Shown: positions 49,736 to 61,606, counted from the stretch's first letter. The stretch is 64,000 nucleotides of DNA from an uncultured Bacteroidota bacterium (GCA_903850915.1 CAINMV010000023.1:51769-115768); one strand, 5' to 3'. The notes: generated from the letters alone by a model not told the origin. Numbers and translations are program-made.

Positions 49736-50974
49736 ATGAAAAGTATTTTTACATTATTTTTTGTATTATTAATTAGCCTGCACTTGTCGGCTCAAACTGT
49801 TATCAACGATTCAGTATCCATCGGTGCTGGATATGCAAACCAAACTTTCTATAGCATTGCCAAAGGCACTGTTTTGAGTATCGACAACACCGATTGGGAT
49901 CTAGCATTCCATACCGACAATCGAGAGGTGGCTATTTTTATAAACTCGAAAAAAGATGTGAAATTATACTTAGCGAGTAATGACACCTCAAAATGGAATT
50001 CGCTAGACACTGCAAATAGGACAACAAAACAATATCATAATAGTGATAGCAGTTGGTCGTTTGGCGCATTCAACCGTGAGGCTCCTGCAGGAGGTTTCGA
50101 TTATGGTTGGGGTACCTATAATGCTACCACACACGAAATTTATGCTAGTAAAATTTACTTCATAAACTATGGAGTAAACCTATGGAAGAAAATTATTATC
50201 AGCAAACACGATGCGAATTATACTTATCATTTCCGCTATGCTAACCTAGATGGTTCAAATGAGATTTCAGTGGTGCTTAAAAAGTCACCTTATGCAAACA
50301 AAAACTTCGTTTACTATTCTTTAACAAACAACACAATAATTACTCGCGAACCCGATTTTACAACGTATGACTTGATATTTCATCAATTTGAGCAAGAAAT
50401 ACCTTACACCTATAAAGTGACAGGAGCACAACAAAATAGGAATGTAAAAGCCAAGAAAGTTTATCCTGTTAGCGATGTGAATGCTGCAACCGTTGGCACA
50501 ACGCTATTAAGCAAAAATATTACTTCGGTGGGCAGCGATTGGAAAACTTTTGACCCAGGAACAAATAAATGGACCATTGAAGATTCAACAGTTTATTTTA
50601 TTCAGGATGTCACTGGTGCTAAAATATGGAAACTGGTATTTACCGGATTTGGGGGCTCAAGTAATGGCAAAATGTACTTTAACAAAACAGCCTACGCATC
50701 TGGAATAAACGCATCTTCTTTAACAACGTTGGGTATTTATCCAAATCCTGCACATAATAATACCACAATCAACTTCTATATTGGCTGTGCACAAAATGTA
50801 AAAATGAGTGTTAAAGACTTAACTGGAAAAGAAGTTAGCTCACAAGAAATAAATTCTACCGCCGGATTTAATGCATTTATACTAAACACCAGCAGCATTG
50901 TCAGCGGAACGTATTTCGTAACCATCCAAAGCCTCGAAGGAATTGCAACACAGAAGTTAATTATTAATAATTAA
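49736..50974 (+). CDS. Tandem HmuY-like protein with T9SS CTD
   Basis: DWDLAF, YANLDG, GSDWK and WKLVF motifs shared with 53209-54180; CTD IYPNP...SGTYFV...TQKLII. Confidence 0.75.
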   Translation: MKSIFTLFFVLLISLHLSAQTVINDSVSIGAGYANQTFYSIAKGTVLSIDNTDWDLAFHTDNREVAIFINSKKDVKLYLASNDTSKWNSLDTANRTTKQYHNSDSSWSFGAFNREAPAGGFDYGWGTYNATTHEIYASKIYFINYGVNLWKKIIISKHDANYTYHFRYANLDGSNEISVVLKKSPYANKNFVYYSLTNNTIITREPDFTTYDLIFHQFEQEIPYTYKVTGAQQNRNVKAKKVYPVSDVNAATVGTTLLSKNITSVGSDWKTFDPGTNKWTIEDSTVYFIQDVTGAKIWKLVFTGFGGSSNGKMYFNKTAYASGINASSLTTLGIYPNPAHNNTTINFYIGCAQNVKMSVKDLTGKEVSSQEINSTAGFNAFILNTSSIVSGTYFVTIQSLEGIATQKLIINN

Positions 50975-50992
50975 ACAAATCTTACTTAATCC

Positions 50993-53212
50993 ATGAAAAG
51001 ATTACTGTGCCTATTACTCATCGTAATGCTGAAGTTCACCCTTCAGGCACAGCGTCTATTTATAATTGATAGCAATGCCACACCTGTAAATGCAAAAGTA
51101 GAAGCTCTATATATGCTCGAAGGCAAACGAATTTCGGCTGTCACGGAAAACGGATTCGTCACACTTCCTACTGCTGGCTCTTTTCAAGTAAGAGTTCACG
51201 CAATAGGCTTCCAAGACCTTCAAAAAACTTTCGTTATCTCTCAAAATCAAACAATTACCATTGCACTTACGCCTGCTACAATTGTAACTGAAGATGTGGT
51301 TGTTACCGCTCAAGTTGGCGCTAAAACGGCAAAGAACTCTGTAATATCCGTTACTGTTATCGACAACAAAAAAATACAATTGATGGGTGCTCAAAACCTT
51401 CGCGATGTGCTTACTAATCAAATGGGATTGCGCCTTAGCCAAGATAATATTTTAGGAAGCAGCATTAGTATGCAAGGCCTCAGCGGTGAAAATGTAAAGA
51501 TCCTAATCGACGGTGTTCCTGTCATTGGACGTCAAAATGGGAATGTCGACATCTCACAAATCGACATGAATAATGTGGAGCGCATTGAAATTATTGAAGG
51601 GCCTATGAGTGTTAATTTTGGGACAAATGCCCTTGGTGGCGTTATTAATATTATCACTAAAAAAGGAAATTCAATACATAACTCATTTGCGATAAAAACG
51701 CATTATGAAACCATAGGAACTTACAATAGCTCTTTTACCTATAACACTCACGTAAAGAAACTCACCACTCAACTAACAGCATCTCGTAACTTTTTCGATG
51801 GATGGAGTGTAAACGACTCTTACGAAGCTATACCCATGCAACATATTGCAGACACCAATCGTTTTAAAACATGGAAGCCCAAAATGCAATACAATTTAGG
51901 TTTAAATCTTGGGGGTAGAATAAAAAACTTTGACCTTAATTTTAAATCGAATTATTTTAACGAATCTATTTTAAATCGTGGAAAGCCTACTGCACCATAT
52001 TTTGAAAGCGCTTTCGACGACACTTATAAAACCACGCGTTTGGATAATGTCGTGATGTTTAACTTTTCTAAAGACCAACGAAAATCTTGCAATAGCCAAG
52101 TTTCTTGCAGCTTTTACAAGCGACTAAAAAACACATATTATAGGGATTTAACAAGCTTAATTCAAAAAATATCATCAAATCCAGAAGACCATGACACCAC
52201 AAATTACTATTTATTGAATCTTCGTAGCACACGAAAATCTTATTTCAAAAAATTGAATTATGAATACGGTGTAGATCTAAACTTCGAAGGCACATCTGGA
52301 CAACGAATAAAAGATCATTCACAATCGCTTTACGACCTTGCTTCTTTTGGAATTGCCGAATATAACTTAACCGATAAACTTACCTTACGAGGAGGTGTAA
52401 GAGTGGCTTATAACTCCAAGTACAAAGCCCCAATTTTACCCTCACTAAACTTAAAATGGTTTATAAACACTAAAAACATTGTGAGATTTAGTTATGCTCA
52501 AGGCTTTAAAGCTCCAGGATTAAAAGAGCTTTATTTCTATTTTGTTGACTTCAACCATAATATTATAGGCAACACCTCCCTTAAAGCAGAAAAATCAAAC
52601 AGCATTAACATTCAGTATAATTATGTTACGATGTATAAAAAAGCGTTAGTGAAATTTGAATTAAAAGCCTTCTACAATTATATCGAAAACATGATAACTT
52701 TGGCGCAAATTCAAGGATTGAGCTACACCTATGCCAACGTTGGAATATACAAAACAAAAGGATTGCAATGTAATGGCGATATTATATTGGGTAACTTAAA
52801 AATAAATGCTGGCCTTAACTATACTGGACGTTACAACCAACTAATAGAAGGTGCTGCAATAACCACATTCTCTTTTAGTCCAGAGTTTAATAGCGCTTTA
52901 GGCTATAACTTCAAAAAACAAAAAACACAGGTTTCATTTTACTATAAATTTAATGGAAAACTCCCCTCCTATTTTAAAGATGCCAATGATAATTTAATCA
53001 TCCAAAATATTGGAAGCTACCACTGGGCTGATGCTTCTGTAACAAAAAGCATTTTCAAGACAGTCTTAATTGGAGCGGGAATTAAAAACATCTTCAACAT
53101 TCAAAACATCAGCACTGCCAATGGCACCGGAGTGCATCAAACCGAGAACAAAATGCCTATTGGTGCAGGCCGTTTTTATTTTTTAAGCGTTAACTACACT
53201 CTATCAAAATGA
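50993..53212 (+). CDS. TonB-dependent receptor (HmuR/colicin-receptor-like)
   Basis: Plug ILIDGVP, ERIEIIEGPMSVNFG..ALGGVINIITK; FKAP motif; LKAEKS; GIKNIFN; GRFYF. Confidence 0.93.
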   Translation: MKRLLCLLLIVMLKFTLQAQRLFIIDSNATPVNAKVEALYMLEGKRISAVTENGFVTLPTAGSFQVRVHAIGFQDLQKTFVISQNQTITIALTPATIVTEDVVVTAQVGAKTAKNSVISVTVIDNKKIQLMGAQNLRDVLTNQMGLRLSQDNILGSSISMQGLSGENVKILIDGVPVIGRQNGNVDISQIDMNNVERIEIIEGPMSVNFGTNALGGVINIITKKGNSIHNSFAIKTHYETIGTYNSSFTYNTHVKKLTTQLTASRNFFDGWSVNDSYEAIPMQHIADTNRFKTWKPKMQYNLGLNLGGRIKNFDLNFKSNYFNESILNRGKPTAPYFESAFDDTYKTTRLDNVVMFNFSKDQRKSCNSQVSCSFYKRLKNTYYRDLTSLIQKISSNPEDHDTTNYYLLNLRSTRKSYFKKLNYEYGVDLNFEGTSGQRIKDHSQSLYDLASFGIAEYNLTDKLTLRGGVRVAYNSKYKAPILPSLNLKWFINTKNIVRFSYAQGFKAPGLKELYFYFVDFNHNIIGNTSLKAEKSNSINIQYNYVTMYKKALVKFELKAFYNYIENMITLAQIQGLSYTYANVGIYKTKGLQCNGDIILGNLKINAGLNYTGRYNQLIEGAAITTFSFSPEFNSALGYNFKKQKTQVSFYYKFNGKLPSYFKDANDNLIIQNIGSYHWADASVTKSIFKTVLIGAGIKNIFNIQNISTANGTGVHQTENKMPIGAGRFYFLSVNYTLSK

Positions 53213-54180
53213 AGAACGTTAAGCTTCTACTAAGTGTATTTCTTTTTCTCTTCATTTCTTGCCAAAAGCGAGAGTTGCCTATTCAAAAGGCAGATCGAGG
53301 CACAGCCATTACAAGCTCATTTTATTGGGGACCAAAATATGCAACGCAAACTTGGTTTAAATTAAATGGGAATAAAATTGTTTCCCAAAATAGTCGTGGA
53401 GATTGGGATTTGGAGTTCGAAGCCGGCACTGGTAATCATGTGAGGCTCAACGCCGCAAAATTTATGTTTGCCCTTAACACGCATAAGCAAACTTTTGCTG
53501 AGGTAAAGGATACTTCCTCTTTCAATTTCTATAACACTAAACAATGTGACCGAGTAGCAACTTTAGATTCATCGGTAATGGGTGTTTTTGAAAATCACAG
53601 TCCAGTTTATATTATCGATTTAGGTGTTGATGATAACAACATGCCTCTCGGTTTAAAGAAATTCCAGTTTCTTGAAAATAAAAACGCCAGCTTCACCTTT
53701 TGTTATGCCAACCTAGATGGAAGCGACTCACTATGCCGTTATTTTTCGAAAAGCGACAACTACAACTTCGTTCAGTTTTCTTTCAAAACAAATCAATTAC
53801 AGAGTAATATAGAACCCCAAAAAAAAGATTTCGATCTAGAATTCACTCAATATACGTATATCTTTGAGAATCCTTATGTGCCATATTGGGTATGCGGTGT
53901 ATTATTAAATAGAAGTGAAGTAAAAGCCTGCAAAATTGACGACAAAGCCTACGAAACAATAAATCTAAGCGATACCCTTCAGCATCCACTTACAAACCGC
54001 CCAGATGCCATCGGCTATGATTGGAAGAAATGGGATTTCACCTTGGCTCGTTATTCATACCCTGCTTTTTCCTATATTATTAAAGATTCAGAAGGCTTTT
54101 ATTTTAAACTTCGATTTCTAACCTTCGAAAATGATTTGGGGCAGAAAGGATACCCCACTTTTGAATTTCAAAAGCTCTAG
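53209..54180 (+). CDS. HmuY-family lipoprotein (tandem domains)
   Basis: Lipobox FISC; WDLEF/FDLEF repeated; IGYDWK; YFKLRF...GYPTFEFQ. Confidence 0.85.
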   Translation: MKNVKLLLSVFLFLFISCQKRELPIQKADRGTAITSSFYWGPKYATQTWFKLNGNKIVSQNSRGDWDLEFEAGTGNHVRLNAAKFMFALNTHKQTFAEVKDTSSFNFYNTKQCDRVATLDSSVMGVFENHSPVYIIDLGVDDNNMPLGLKKFQFLENKNASFTFCYANLDGSDSLCRYFSKSDNYNFVQFSFKTNQLQSNIEPQKKDFDLEFTQYTYIFENPYVPYWVCGVLLNRSEVKACKIDDKAYETINLSDTLQHPLTNRPDAIGYDWKKWDFTLARYSYPAFSYIIKDSEGFYFKLRFLTFENDLGQKGYPTFEFQKL

Positions 54181-54382
54181 TTAATTGTAACTTTTTAGAT
54201 TTTAGTAAAAATTTAATGCAGTAACATCGAAAGTTGGTTTAACACCAAATCCGCTTGTAATTCTTAGAAAGAGCAAAAAATAGGGCTTATAACGTTTTTA
54301 AGGCCTCAACACTTAATTTACCACTTATTCCAAGCCAATGCTAAAAAAGTCCATTATTGGCCAAAAAAACCATAAAAACAAT

Positions 54383-54414
54383 AAATCCTCAATCATTTTC
54401 ATGATTGAGGATTT
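54383..54414 (-). terminator. Intrinsic terminator directly after rpoB
   Basis: 14-bp stem AAAUCCUCAAUCAU-GAAA-AUGAUUGAGGAUUU followed by U-rich sequence. Confidence 0.85.
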
Positions 54415-54434
54415 TAAATTACTATAGATTACGA

Positions 54435-57400
54435 TTACTCTGCGGTTACATCCAATCCTAGTCCACGTAATTCATGAATCAATACATTAAATGACTCAGG
54501 TAATTGTGGCGTTGGCATTGGCTCACCTTTAACAATCGCTTCATACGATTTTGAACGTCCGATGATGTCATCACTCTTTATTGTCAATACCTCTTGTAAA
54601 ATGTTTGATGCACCGAATGCCTCGAGAGCCCAAACCTCCATCTCACCAAAACGTTGACCTCCAAATTGAGCTTTACCACCCAAAGGCTGTTGTGTAATTA
54701 ATGAATATGGGCCTATTGAACGAGCGTGTAACTTATCATCAACCATGTGTCCTAACTTCAACATGTAAATGATACCCACTGTAGTTTTTTGTTTGAACTT
54801 CTCACCTGTTTGTCCGTCGGTTAAAAACGTTTGACAATTTTCTGGTAATCCCGCTTTAACAATATATTGAGCAATTTCTTCTTGAGTAGCACCATCGAAA
54901 ATCGGTGTTGCAAATTTGCATCCCAATTGTTCTCCAGCCCAACCCAACATAGTTTCATAAATTTGACCTAAGTTCATACGACTTGGCACACCCAATGGAT
55001 TCAATACAATATCCACTGGAGTTCCATCTTCAAGGAATGGCATATCTTCACGTGCAACAATACGAGCAACAACTCCCTTATTACCGTGACGTCCAGCCAT
55101 CTTATCCCCTACCTTTAACTTACGTTTGGTAGCGATATAAACTTTCGCCATTTGAACGATACCGGTTGGCAACTCATCGCCTACTGTTAAAGCAAATTCT
55201 TCACGGCGATATTTTCCAACTAAATCATGCGCAGCACGACGATAGTTTACTAAGATATCACGAATTAATATATTTTTATCTTTATCGGTAGTCCATGCTG
55301 TTGGATTAGTCAAATCGTAATCCAATTCAAACAATGCTTTTTGAGTGAACTTAACGCCTTTACCAATCAACTCTTGCTCATACACATCATATACACCTTG
55401 CGAGGTTTTGCCATTCAATAAAGTCATTAGCTTTTCAACTAAACGCTCTTTCAATTTCGCGAGGTTTTTGTTGTGGGTATCCTGCAATTTTGAGGTAACC
55501 AATTTCTCTTGATCTTTGGTTAACTTATCTTTCTTTATTTTGGTAAACAATTTCTTATCTATAACCACACCGTTTGTTGATGGAGGAGCTTTTAGAGAGG
55601 CATCTTTAACATCACCTGCCTTATCTCCAAAGATAGCACGTAATAATTTTTCCTCAGGTGAAGGTTCAGTTTCACCTTTAGGTGTGATTTTACCAATTAG
55701 AATATCTCCTTCTCTTACTTCGGCACCGATACGTATCAAACCGTTTTCATCGAGGTTACGTGTTGCTTCCTCACTTACATTCGGAATATCGTTGGTTAAT
55801 TCTTCTTCACCACGTTTTGTATCGCGCACCTCAAGCTCATATTCAGTAACATGTATAGATGTGAAAACATCCTCTTGTACTGCTTTTTCGCTGATAACAA
55901 TCGCATCCTCAAAGTTAAATCCTTGCCAAGGCATGAAAGCCACCTTAAGATTTCTACCCAAGGCCAATTCACCTAATTCAGTAGCATATCCTTCGATGAT
56001 AACATCGCCTTTTTTAATTTTATCTCCTTTTTTAACCAACGGGCGTTGATTTACGCAGGTATTTTGATTGGTACGTTTGAATTTAGTAAGATGATACGTC
56101 TTCATTTCACCATCAAAATTCAACAATTCTTCTTCAGCAGTAAGGTTATAACTAACCACTACTTTTTCTGAGTCAGCATATTCAATTTCGCCATTTCCTT
56201 CAGCTACCACTACTGCACGACTATCGCGAGCCACACGACCTTCGAGACCTGTACCTACAATTGGCGATTGTGGTTTTAATAAAGGAACAGCTTGACGTTG
56301 CATATTCGATCCCATCAAAGCACGGTTCGCATCATCATGCTCCAAGAACGGAATTAAAGATGCTGCAATACTTACAATTTGATTTGGTGCAATATCCATG
56401 TATTGAGCCTCCTCTGGGGATATCGATGGGAAGTCACCATCTTTACGTGCACGAACCTTCTCTGTTAAGAAATTCCCTTTTGCATCGTATTTTGAGTTTG
56501 CCTGTGCAATAGTTTTCCCATCTTCATCTTCTGCACTTACGTAGGTAACAGGCTCATTCACTTGCACTTTTCCGTTTTGGATTCTACGGTATGGAGTTTC
56601 AATGAAACCCATGCCATTCACTTTTGCATGAACACAAAGTGATGAAATCAAACCGATATTTGGTCCTTCAGGAGTTTCAATAGTACACAAACGTCCATAG
56701 TGAGTATAATGTACATCTCGCACCTCAAAACCAGCACGCTCTCTACTCAATCCACCAGGGCCTAACGCCGACATACGGCGTTTGTGTGTAATTTCAGCTA
56801 ATGGATTGGTTTGATCCATAAACTGCGAAAGTTGAGACGTTCCAAAAAAGGAGTTAATTACTGAGGATAATGTACGTGCGTTAATAAGGTCGGATGGATT
56901 GAACACCTCGTTATCACGAATGTTCATACGCTCACGGATGGTGCGAGCCATACGAGCCAAACCAACTCCGAACTGCGCAAATAACTGCTCACCTACGGTA
57001 CGTACACGACGATTACTCAAGTGGTCAATATCATCCACATCAGCTTTATCATTACTTAATTTGATTAAGTTTTTGATGATGTCAATGATATCGTCTTTTG
57101 TTAATACACGACTCTTTTCGTCAACTTTATTTAATTTACGGTTGATTCTATAGCGTCCTACCTCACCTAAATCGTAACGTTTATCCGAAAAGAACAAACG
57201 CTCAATTACACCACGCGCCGTTTCTTCATCTGGTGCATCGGCATTACGCAATTGACGGTAAATTAACTCAATCGCTTCTTTACCATTGTTCGAGGTATCT
57301 TTTTGTAATGTGTTATGAATGATTGCAAAGTCGTTCGATTTACTTTCTTCTTTATGAAGAATTATCGTTTGAACTTTAGCTTCAAGAATAACGTCGATAT

Positions 57401-58238
57401 GATCTTCTGTGATGTCGATATCACGCTCAATTAAAACTTCATTACGCTCAATAGAAACCACTTCACCGGTATCTTCATCCACAAAATCTTCAACCCAGGT
57501 GCGTAACACCCGCGCTGCTAATTTTCTTCCAACTGCATTTTTCAAGCCAGATTTAGAAACTTTAATTTCTTCCGCCAAGTTGAATATATTTAAGATATCC
57601 TTATCACTTTCAAATCCGATAGCACGGAATAAAGTAGTAACAGGGAATTTCTTCTTACGATCGATGTAAGCATACATGATGTTATTTACATCTGTAGCGA
57701 ATTCAATCCAAGATCCTTTAAATGGAATGATACGTGCGGAGTATAATTTTGTTCCGTTAGTATGGTAGCTTTGTCCAAAGAACACGCCTGGAGAACGGTG
57801 AAGTTGAGAAACTACAACACGTTCAGCACCGTTAATAACAAACGTACCCTTTGAGGTCATGTAAGGGATATTTCCTAAATATACGTCTTGAACGATAGTT
57901 TCAAAATCTTCATGATCTTTATCGGTACAGAATAACTTTAATTTTGCTTTTAAAGGCACATTGTAGGTTAAACCACGATCCATACACTCTTCGATGCTGT
58001 ATTTAGGAGGATCTACGAAGTAGTCAATAAATTCCAATACAAAAATGCCACGAGTATCCGAAATCGGAAAATTCTCCATAAACACTTTGTAAAGTCCTTG
58101 AGATTTTTTGTTCTCTGTTGAAGCGTCCAATTGGAAAAACTCCTTGTAAGACTGGATTTGCACGTCCAAAAAGTCAGGGTAATCGATGACTTTTTCTACC
58201 GATGCAAAACTGATACGATTGATGTCTTTAGTTGCCAA
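54435..58238 (-). CDS. rpoB: DNA-directed RNA polymerase subunit beta (TTG start)
   Basis: [60 protein letters not shown]. Confidence 0.99.
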   Translation of the reverse strand: MATKDINRISFASVEKVIDYPDFLDVQIQSYKEFFQLDASTENKKSQGLYKVFMENFPISDTRGIFVLEFIDYFVDPPKYSIEECMDRGLTYNVPLKAKLKLFCTDKDHEDFETIVQDVYLGNIPYMTSKGTFVINGAERVVVSQLHRSPGVFFGQSYHTNGTKLYSARIIPFKGSWIEFATDVNNIMYAYIDRKKKFPVTTLFRAIGFESDKDILNIFNLAEEIKVSKSGLKNAVGRKLAARVLRTWVEDFVDEDTGEVVSIERNEVLIERDIDITEDHIDVILEAKVQTIILHKEESKSNDFAIIHNTLQKDTSNNGKEAIELIYRQLRNADAPDEETARGVIERLFFSDKRYDLGEVGRYRINRKLNKVDEKSRVLTKDDIIDIIKNLIKLSNDKADVDDIDHLSNRRVRTVGEQLFAQFGVGLARMARTIRERMNIRDNEVFNPSDLINARTLSSVINSFFGTSQLSQFMDQTNPLAEITHKRRMSALGPGGLSRERAGFEVRDVHYTHYGRLCTIETPEGPNIGLISSLCVHAKVNGMGFIETPYRRIQNGKVQVNEPVTYVSAEDEDGKTIAQANSKYDAKGNFLTEKVRARKDGDFPSISPEEAQYMDIAPNQIVSIAASLIPFLEHDDANRALMGSNMQRQAVPLLKPQSPIVGTGLEGRVARDSRAVVVAEGNGEIEYADSEKVVVSYNLTAEEELLNFDGEMKTYHLTKFKRTNQNTCVNQRPLVKKGDKIKKGDVIIEGYATELGELALGRNLKVAFMPWQGFNFEDAIVISEKAVQEDVFTSIHVTEYELEVRDTKRGEEELTNDIPNVSEEATRNLDENGLIRIGAEVREGDILIGKITPKGETEPSPEEKLLRAIFGDKAGDVKDASLKAPPSTNGVVIDKKLFTKIKKDKLTKDQEKLVTSKLQDTHNKNLAKLKERLVEKLMTLLNGKTSQGVYDVYEQELIGKGVKFTQKALFELDYDLTNPTAWTTDKDKNILIRDILVNYRRAAHDLVGKYRREEFALTVGDELPTGIVQMAKVYIATKRKLKVGDKMAGRHGNKGVVARIVAREDMPFLEDGTPVDIVLNPLGVPSRMNLGQIYETMLGWAGEQLGCKFATPIFDGATQEEIAQYIVKAGLPENCQTFLTDGQTGEKFKQKTTVGIIYMLKLGHMVDDKLHARSIGPYSLITQQPLGGKAQFGGQRFGEMEVWALEAFGASNILQEVLTIKSDDIIGRSKSYEAIVKGEPMPTPQLPESFNVLIHELRGLGLDVTAE

Positions 58239-58505
58239 TGCTTATCAATATTAATAGTTAATAATTTATTCTCTCTCTCTTCACTGCCGGATACATTTCG
58301 TCCTTTTAAGTTACAGATAAAACCAATAATTTGTATTGGTGAAATGCTTGTGCGACAACACAACTATCTGCATCTCCCTTTTCGCAGTTTGTAGGCAAAA
58401 GCATACAAGATACATTGCCATTGATAAACTCAGCTTTAAAAGCCGACGGCAAAGACCAATTTTATATTAATTATGTAGAAAAAACAAACTCGAGTACTGC
58501 AAAAG
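58239..58505 (-). ncRNA. Candidate structured 5' leader of rpoB
   Basis: Seven helices found by eye; four contain G-U pairs that work only in the rpoB sense. Confidence 0.6.
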
Positions 58506-58510
58506 GATTG

Positions 58511-58541
58511 CAAATATAGCTTTTTTTTGTGTAAAATCAAA
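58511..58541 (-). promoter_or_regulatory. rpoB promoter TTTG-N19-TATATTTG
   Basis: -33 at 58541-58538 and -7 at 58518-58511. Confidence 0.75.
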
Positions 58542-58669
58542 TTTTGGCAAAAGAATTGTAGGAAGAGATGCCAGAAGGCTCAGCTGAATAGCTAAATCAC
58601 CTCAGAAAGAAACGATCAAAAAAAGCATAAAATAATGATTGTCAATTGCAAATAGATGAAAAATCGGGG

Positions 58670-59176
58670 TTAAAATACTGTCTTCACCAACATGGTTTTC
58701 AAATCCACCTCAATGCTCTTCTTCACCGATTCTACGATTCGCCCGATTTCTACCCCATCTTTATAAACAATAAAGGTTGGTACATTTAAAATATTGTTTT
58801 TCTCGGCTTCGCCCTTTAAGGTTTTTTTCTGACGATCGACACCAAAAAGCGTTATTGATGAAGCAGGAAACTGAGCCTCATCTATAACACGAAAAAACTT
58901 AGGTAAAAGAATTCTCGTGTCATCGCACCAAGTTCCACCAAAAACCACAAAAGTAACACGTTGATTGTAGGCTTTTAAAAATAAAATATCGGTATTCAGC
59001 GCCGAATTATAGCTATCATAACCCGCCTTAAACCATGGATAGATTTCAGTATTTAGCATACCACGGTTAATTTTCCCTACAAGTACTTTCTCACTTTCAT
59101 TCGAGATCAACTTATATTGCTTACAGCTTGAATTTATCATAAAAGCTAAAATTAAAAGTGCAAATAACTGTTTCAT
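58670..59176 (-). CDS. Thioredoxin-fold lipoprotein (single active-site Cys, WCDD)
   Basis: Lipobox SSC; GTWCDD, VPTFI, EIGRIVE. Confidence 0.85.
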   Translation of the reverse strand: MKQLFALLILAFMINSSCKQYKLISNESEKVLVGKINRGMLNTEIYPWFKAGYDSYNSALNTDILFLKAYNQRVTFVVFGGTWCDDTRILLPKFFRVIDEAQFPASSITLFGVDRQKKTLKGEAEKNNILNVPTFIVYKDGVEIGRIVESVKKSIEVDLKTMLVKTVF

Positions 59177-59265
59177 TTTAAAAATGTTGTTTTTTGTTGC
59201 AAAAATAACACAATTCACCACTAAAGACTAAATACTTAAGACTATTGGCAATAATAACTACCCTT

Positions 59266-61533
59266 TCATCGTTGCGCATCTACCACAGCCAGTGTTACCA
59301 TATTCACAATATCACGAATTTTACTTCCCAACTGCAAAATATGTACCGATTTCTTCATGCCAATAAGTACAGGGCCAATCACTTCTCCGTCACCTATTTC
59401 TTGCATTAAATTATACGCAATATTTCCTGCAGAAAGTTTTGGAAAAATAAGAATATTGGCTGCACCATTACCATCGGCCAAGCTACTAAATGGGTAATTT
59501 TCAATAAGTAGCTCCTGATTCAGTGCAAACTTTGCTTGCATCTCACCATCAACAATTAAATTAGGATCCTGTTCTTTTATGATACGCAAGGCCTCTTGCA
59601 TTTTATGCGGCGTGATACCATCAACACTGCCGAAATTGCTATAACTTAACAAGGCTACCCGAGGTACTATATTAAACTTTCGAACCTCATCGCAGGTAAG
59701 CTTGCAAATCGCAGCCAAATCAAATGCACTCGGATCACGATTTACCGTTGTATCCGCGAGGAATATAGGGCCTTTTTTAGTTAACATAATATACATACCT
59801 GCTACAATATGCGTGTCGTCGCGCTTGCCAATTACTTGCAATGCCGGACGAATAGTACTTGGATAATTGCGCGTTAAACCAGAAATCAACGCATCAGCCA
59901 AGTTGTTTTCAACCATCATACAACCATAATAATTACGCTGGGTCATTAGCTTTCGAGCTTCGTGTAAGGTGGTTCCTTTGCGTTGTCGTTTACCATAAAG
60001 TTGTAGCGCAAATTTCTCTCTATTGTCTTCGTCCTCATTGTATGGGTCGATGATAGGACAATCGTATAAGTCGATGTTGTGCTCATTCATTATTTCCTCA
60101 ACACGCTTGCGGGTACCTAGTAAAATTGGGATGGCGATGCCTTCGTCGCGCACCACCTGCGCAGCTCTTAAAATATTATAGTTTTCTGCTTCAGCAAAAA
60201 CCACACGTTTAAGATTAGTTTTTGCTTTTTCTGTAATAAAACGAATAAATTTATTGTCTTTGCCAACGCGCTTTTGCAATTCAATTTTATATTCATCCCA
60301 GTTGGTGATAGTCTTTTTAGCAACACCACTTTCAATAGCCGCTTTGGCTACAGCAATAGATACGGCTGTGAGTAGGCGCGGATCAACGGGTTTGGGAATA
60401 ATATAATTTCTTCCAAATTCTAATGACATGTCATTATATGCTGACTTTACATTCTCGGGTACTGGCTCGTGCGCTAGTGCTGCTAACGCTTTCACAGCCG
60501 CAAGTTTCATGGCCTCGTTAATGGCGGTAGCACGCACATCAAGTGCTCCTCTGAAGATATAAGGGAAACCCAATACATTATTCACTTGATTTGGATAATC
60601 GCTGCGCCCTGTAGCAACTATTACATCCGGACGTGATGCAACGGCTAAATTATATTCAATTTCTGGGTCTGGATTTGCCATGGCAAACACAATAGGATCA
60701 GGCGCCATACTCTGCAACATTTCCTGACTAACCACATTGGCTTTACTAAGGCCAATAAACACATCCGCATTTTTCATGGCATCTTCCAAAGTATGGACAT
60801 CCCTAGACGTAGCAAAATGTCTTTTGCGATCGTCCAGCTCCTTGTCATCCTTGCGAAGCGGACCTTTACTATCGAACATAATTATGTTTTCAGGTTTTAC
60901 ACCGAGGGCAATAAACGTTCGCGTGCATGAAATTGCAGCCGCACCAGCACCATTTACAACCATAACAATTTCCTCCATTTTCTTGCCCACGATTTCAACC
61001 GCGTTAAGCAATCCGGCACCACTTACAATCGCTGTTCCATGCTGATCGTCGTGCATTATAGGAATATTGAGTTCCTTCTTTAATCGCTCTTCTATCTCAA
61101 AACACTCTGGCGCTTTAATATCTTCTAAGTTAACACCGCCGAAGGTAGGCTCAAGTATTTTAACGGTGCGTACAAATTCATCGATATTGGTAGTATTTAA
61201 CTCTATATCAAAAACATCAATATCTGCATAAATTTTAAACAAAAGCCCCTTCCCTTCCATCACGGGCTTGCTGGCTTCTGGCCCGATATTACCTAAACCG
61301 AGTACCGCTGTGCCATTGGAAATTACTGCTACCAAATTACCTTTGGCTGTGTATTTATAAACATCCTCTGGATTAGCTGCGATGGCCAAACAAGGTGCTG
61401 CCACACCAGGACTATACGCTAAACTTAAATCACGTTTGGTTTGTGTAGGCTTGGTAGGCACTACTTGAATTTTTCCAGGACGGTGTTTGCTATGGTAGTC
61501 TAATGCGTCTTTGGTTAATTTATCATTACTCAT
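59266..61533 (-). CDS. maeB: NADP-dependent malic enzyme with phosphotransacetylase-like domain
   Basis: [54 protein letters not shown]. Confidence 0.97.
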   Translation of the reverse strand: MSNDKLTKDALDYHSKHRPGKIQVVPTKPTQTKRDLSLAYSPGVAAPCLAIAANPEDVYKYTAKGNLVAVISNGTAVLGLGNIGPEASKPVMEGKGLLFKIYADIDVFDIELNTTNIDEFVRTVKILEPTFGGVNLEDIKAPECFEIEERLKKELNIPIMHDDQHGTAIVSGAGLLNAVEIVGKKMEEIVMVVNGAGAAAISCTRTFIALGVKPENIIMFDSKGPLRKDDKELDDRKRHFATSRDVHTLEDAMKNADVFIGLSKANVVSQEMLQSMAPDPIVFAMANPDPEIEYNLAVASRPDVIVATGRSDYPNQVNNVLGFPYIFRGALDVRATAINEAMKLAAVKALAALAHEPVPENVKSAYNDMSLEFGRNYIIPKPVDPRLLTAVSIAVAKAAIESGVAKKTITNWDEYKIELQKRVGKDNKFIRFITEKAKTNLKRVVFAEAENYNILRAAQVVRDEGIAIPILLGTRKRVEEIMNEHNIDLYDCPIIDPYNEDEDNREKFALQLYGKRQRKGTTLHEARKLMTQRNYYGCMMVENNLADALISGLTRNYPSTIRPALQVIGKRDDTHIVAGMYIMLTKKGPIFLADTTVNRDPSAFDLAAICKLTCDEVRKFNIVPRVALLSYSNFGSVDGITPHKMQEALRIIKEQDPNLIVDGEMQAKFALNQELLIENYPFSSLADGNGAANILIFPKLSAGNIAYNLMQEIGDGEVIGPVLIGMKKSVHILQLGSKIRDIVNMVTLAVVDAQR

Positions 61534-61594
61534 ATTCTAATCTCGTAAAATTAATGGGCGGTAAATATAGGGATTTTGGATTTTAATGCTATTG

Positions 61595-61606
61595 TGATTC
61601 TTATCA
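61595..61606. promoter_or_regulatory. Crp/Fnr-like box TGAT-N4-ATCA between maeB and the metallopeptidase gene
   Basis: TGATTCTTATCA. Confidence 0.3.

Noticed and set aside
55516-56049. 177-aa antisense ORF in rpoB (also 62438-62959, 28606-28968, 40777-41145 and other shadow ORFs)
   Set aside because: They lie opposite well-supported genes and show no motifs.
58289-58310. Hammerhead-like GGACGAAA in the rpoB leader
   Set aside because: No CUGANGA core in a suitable position.
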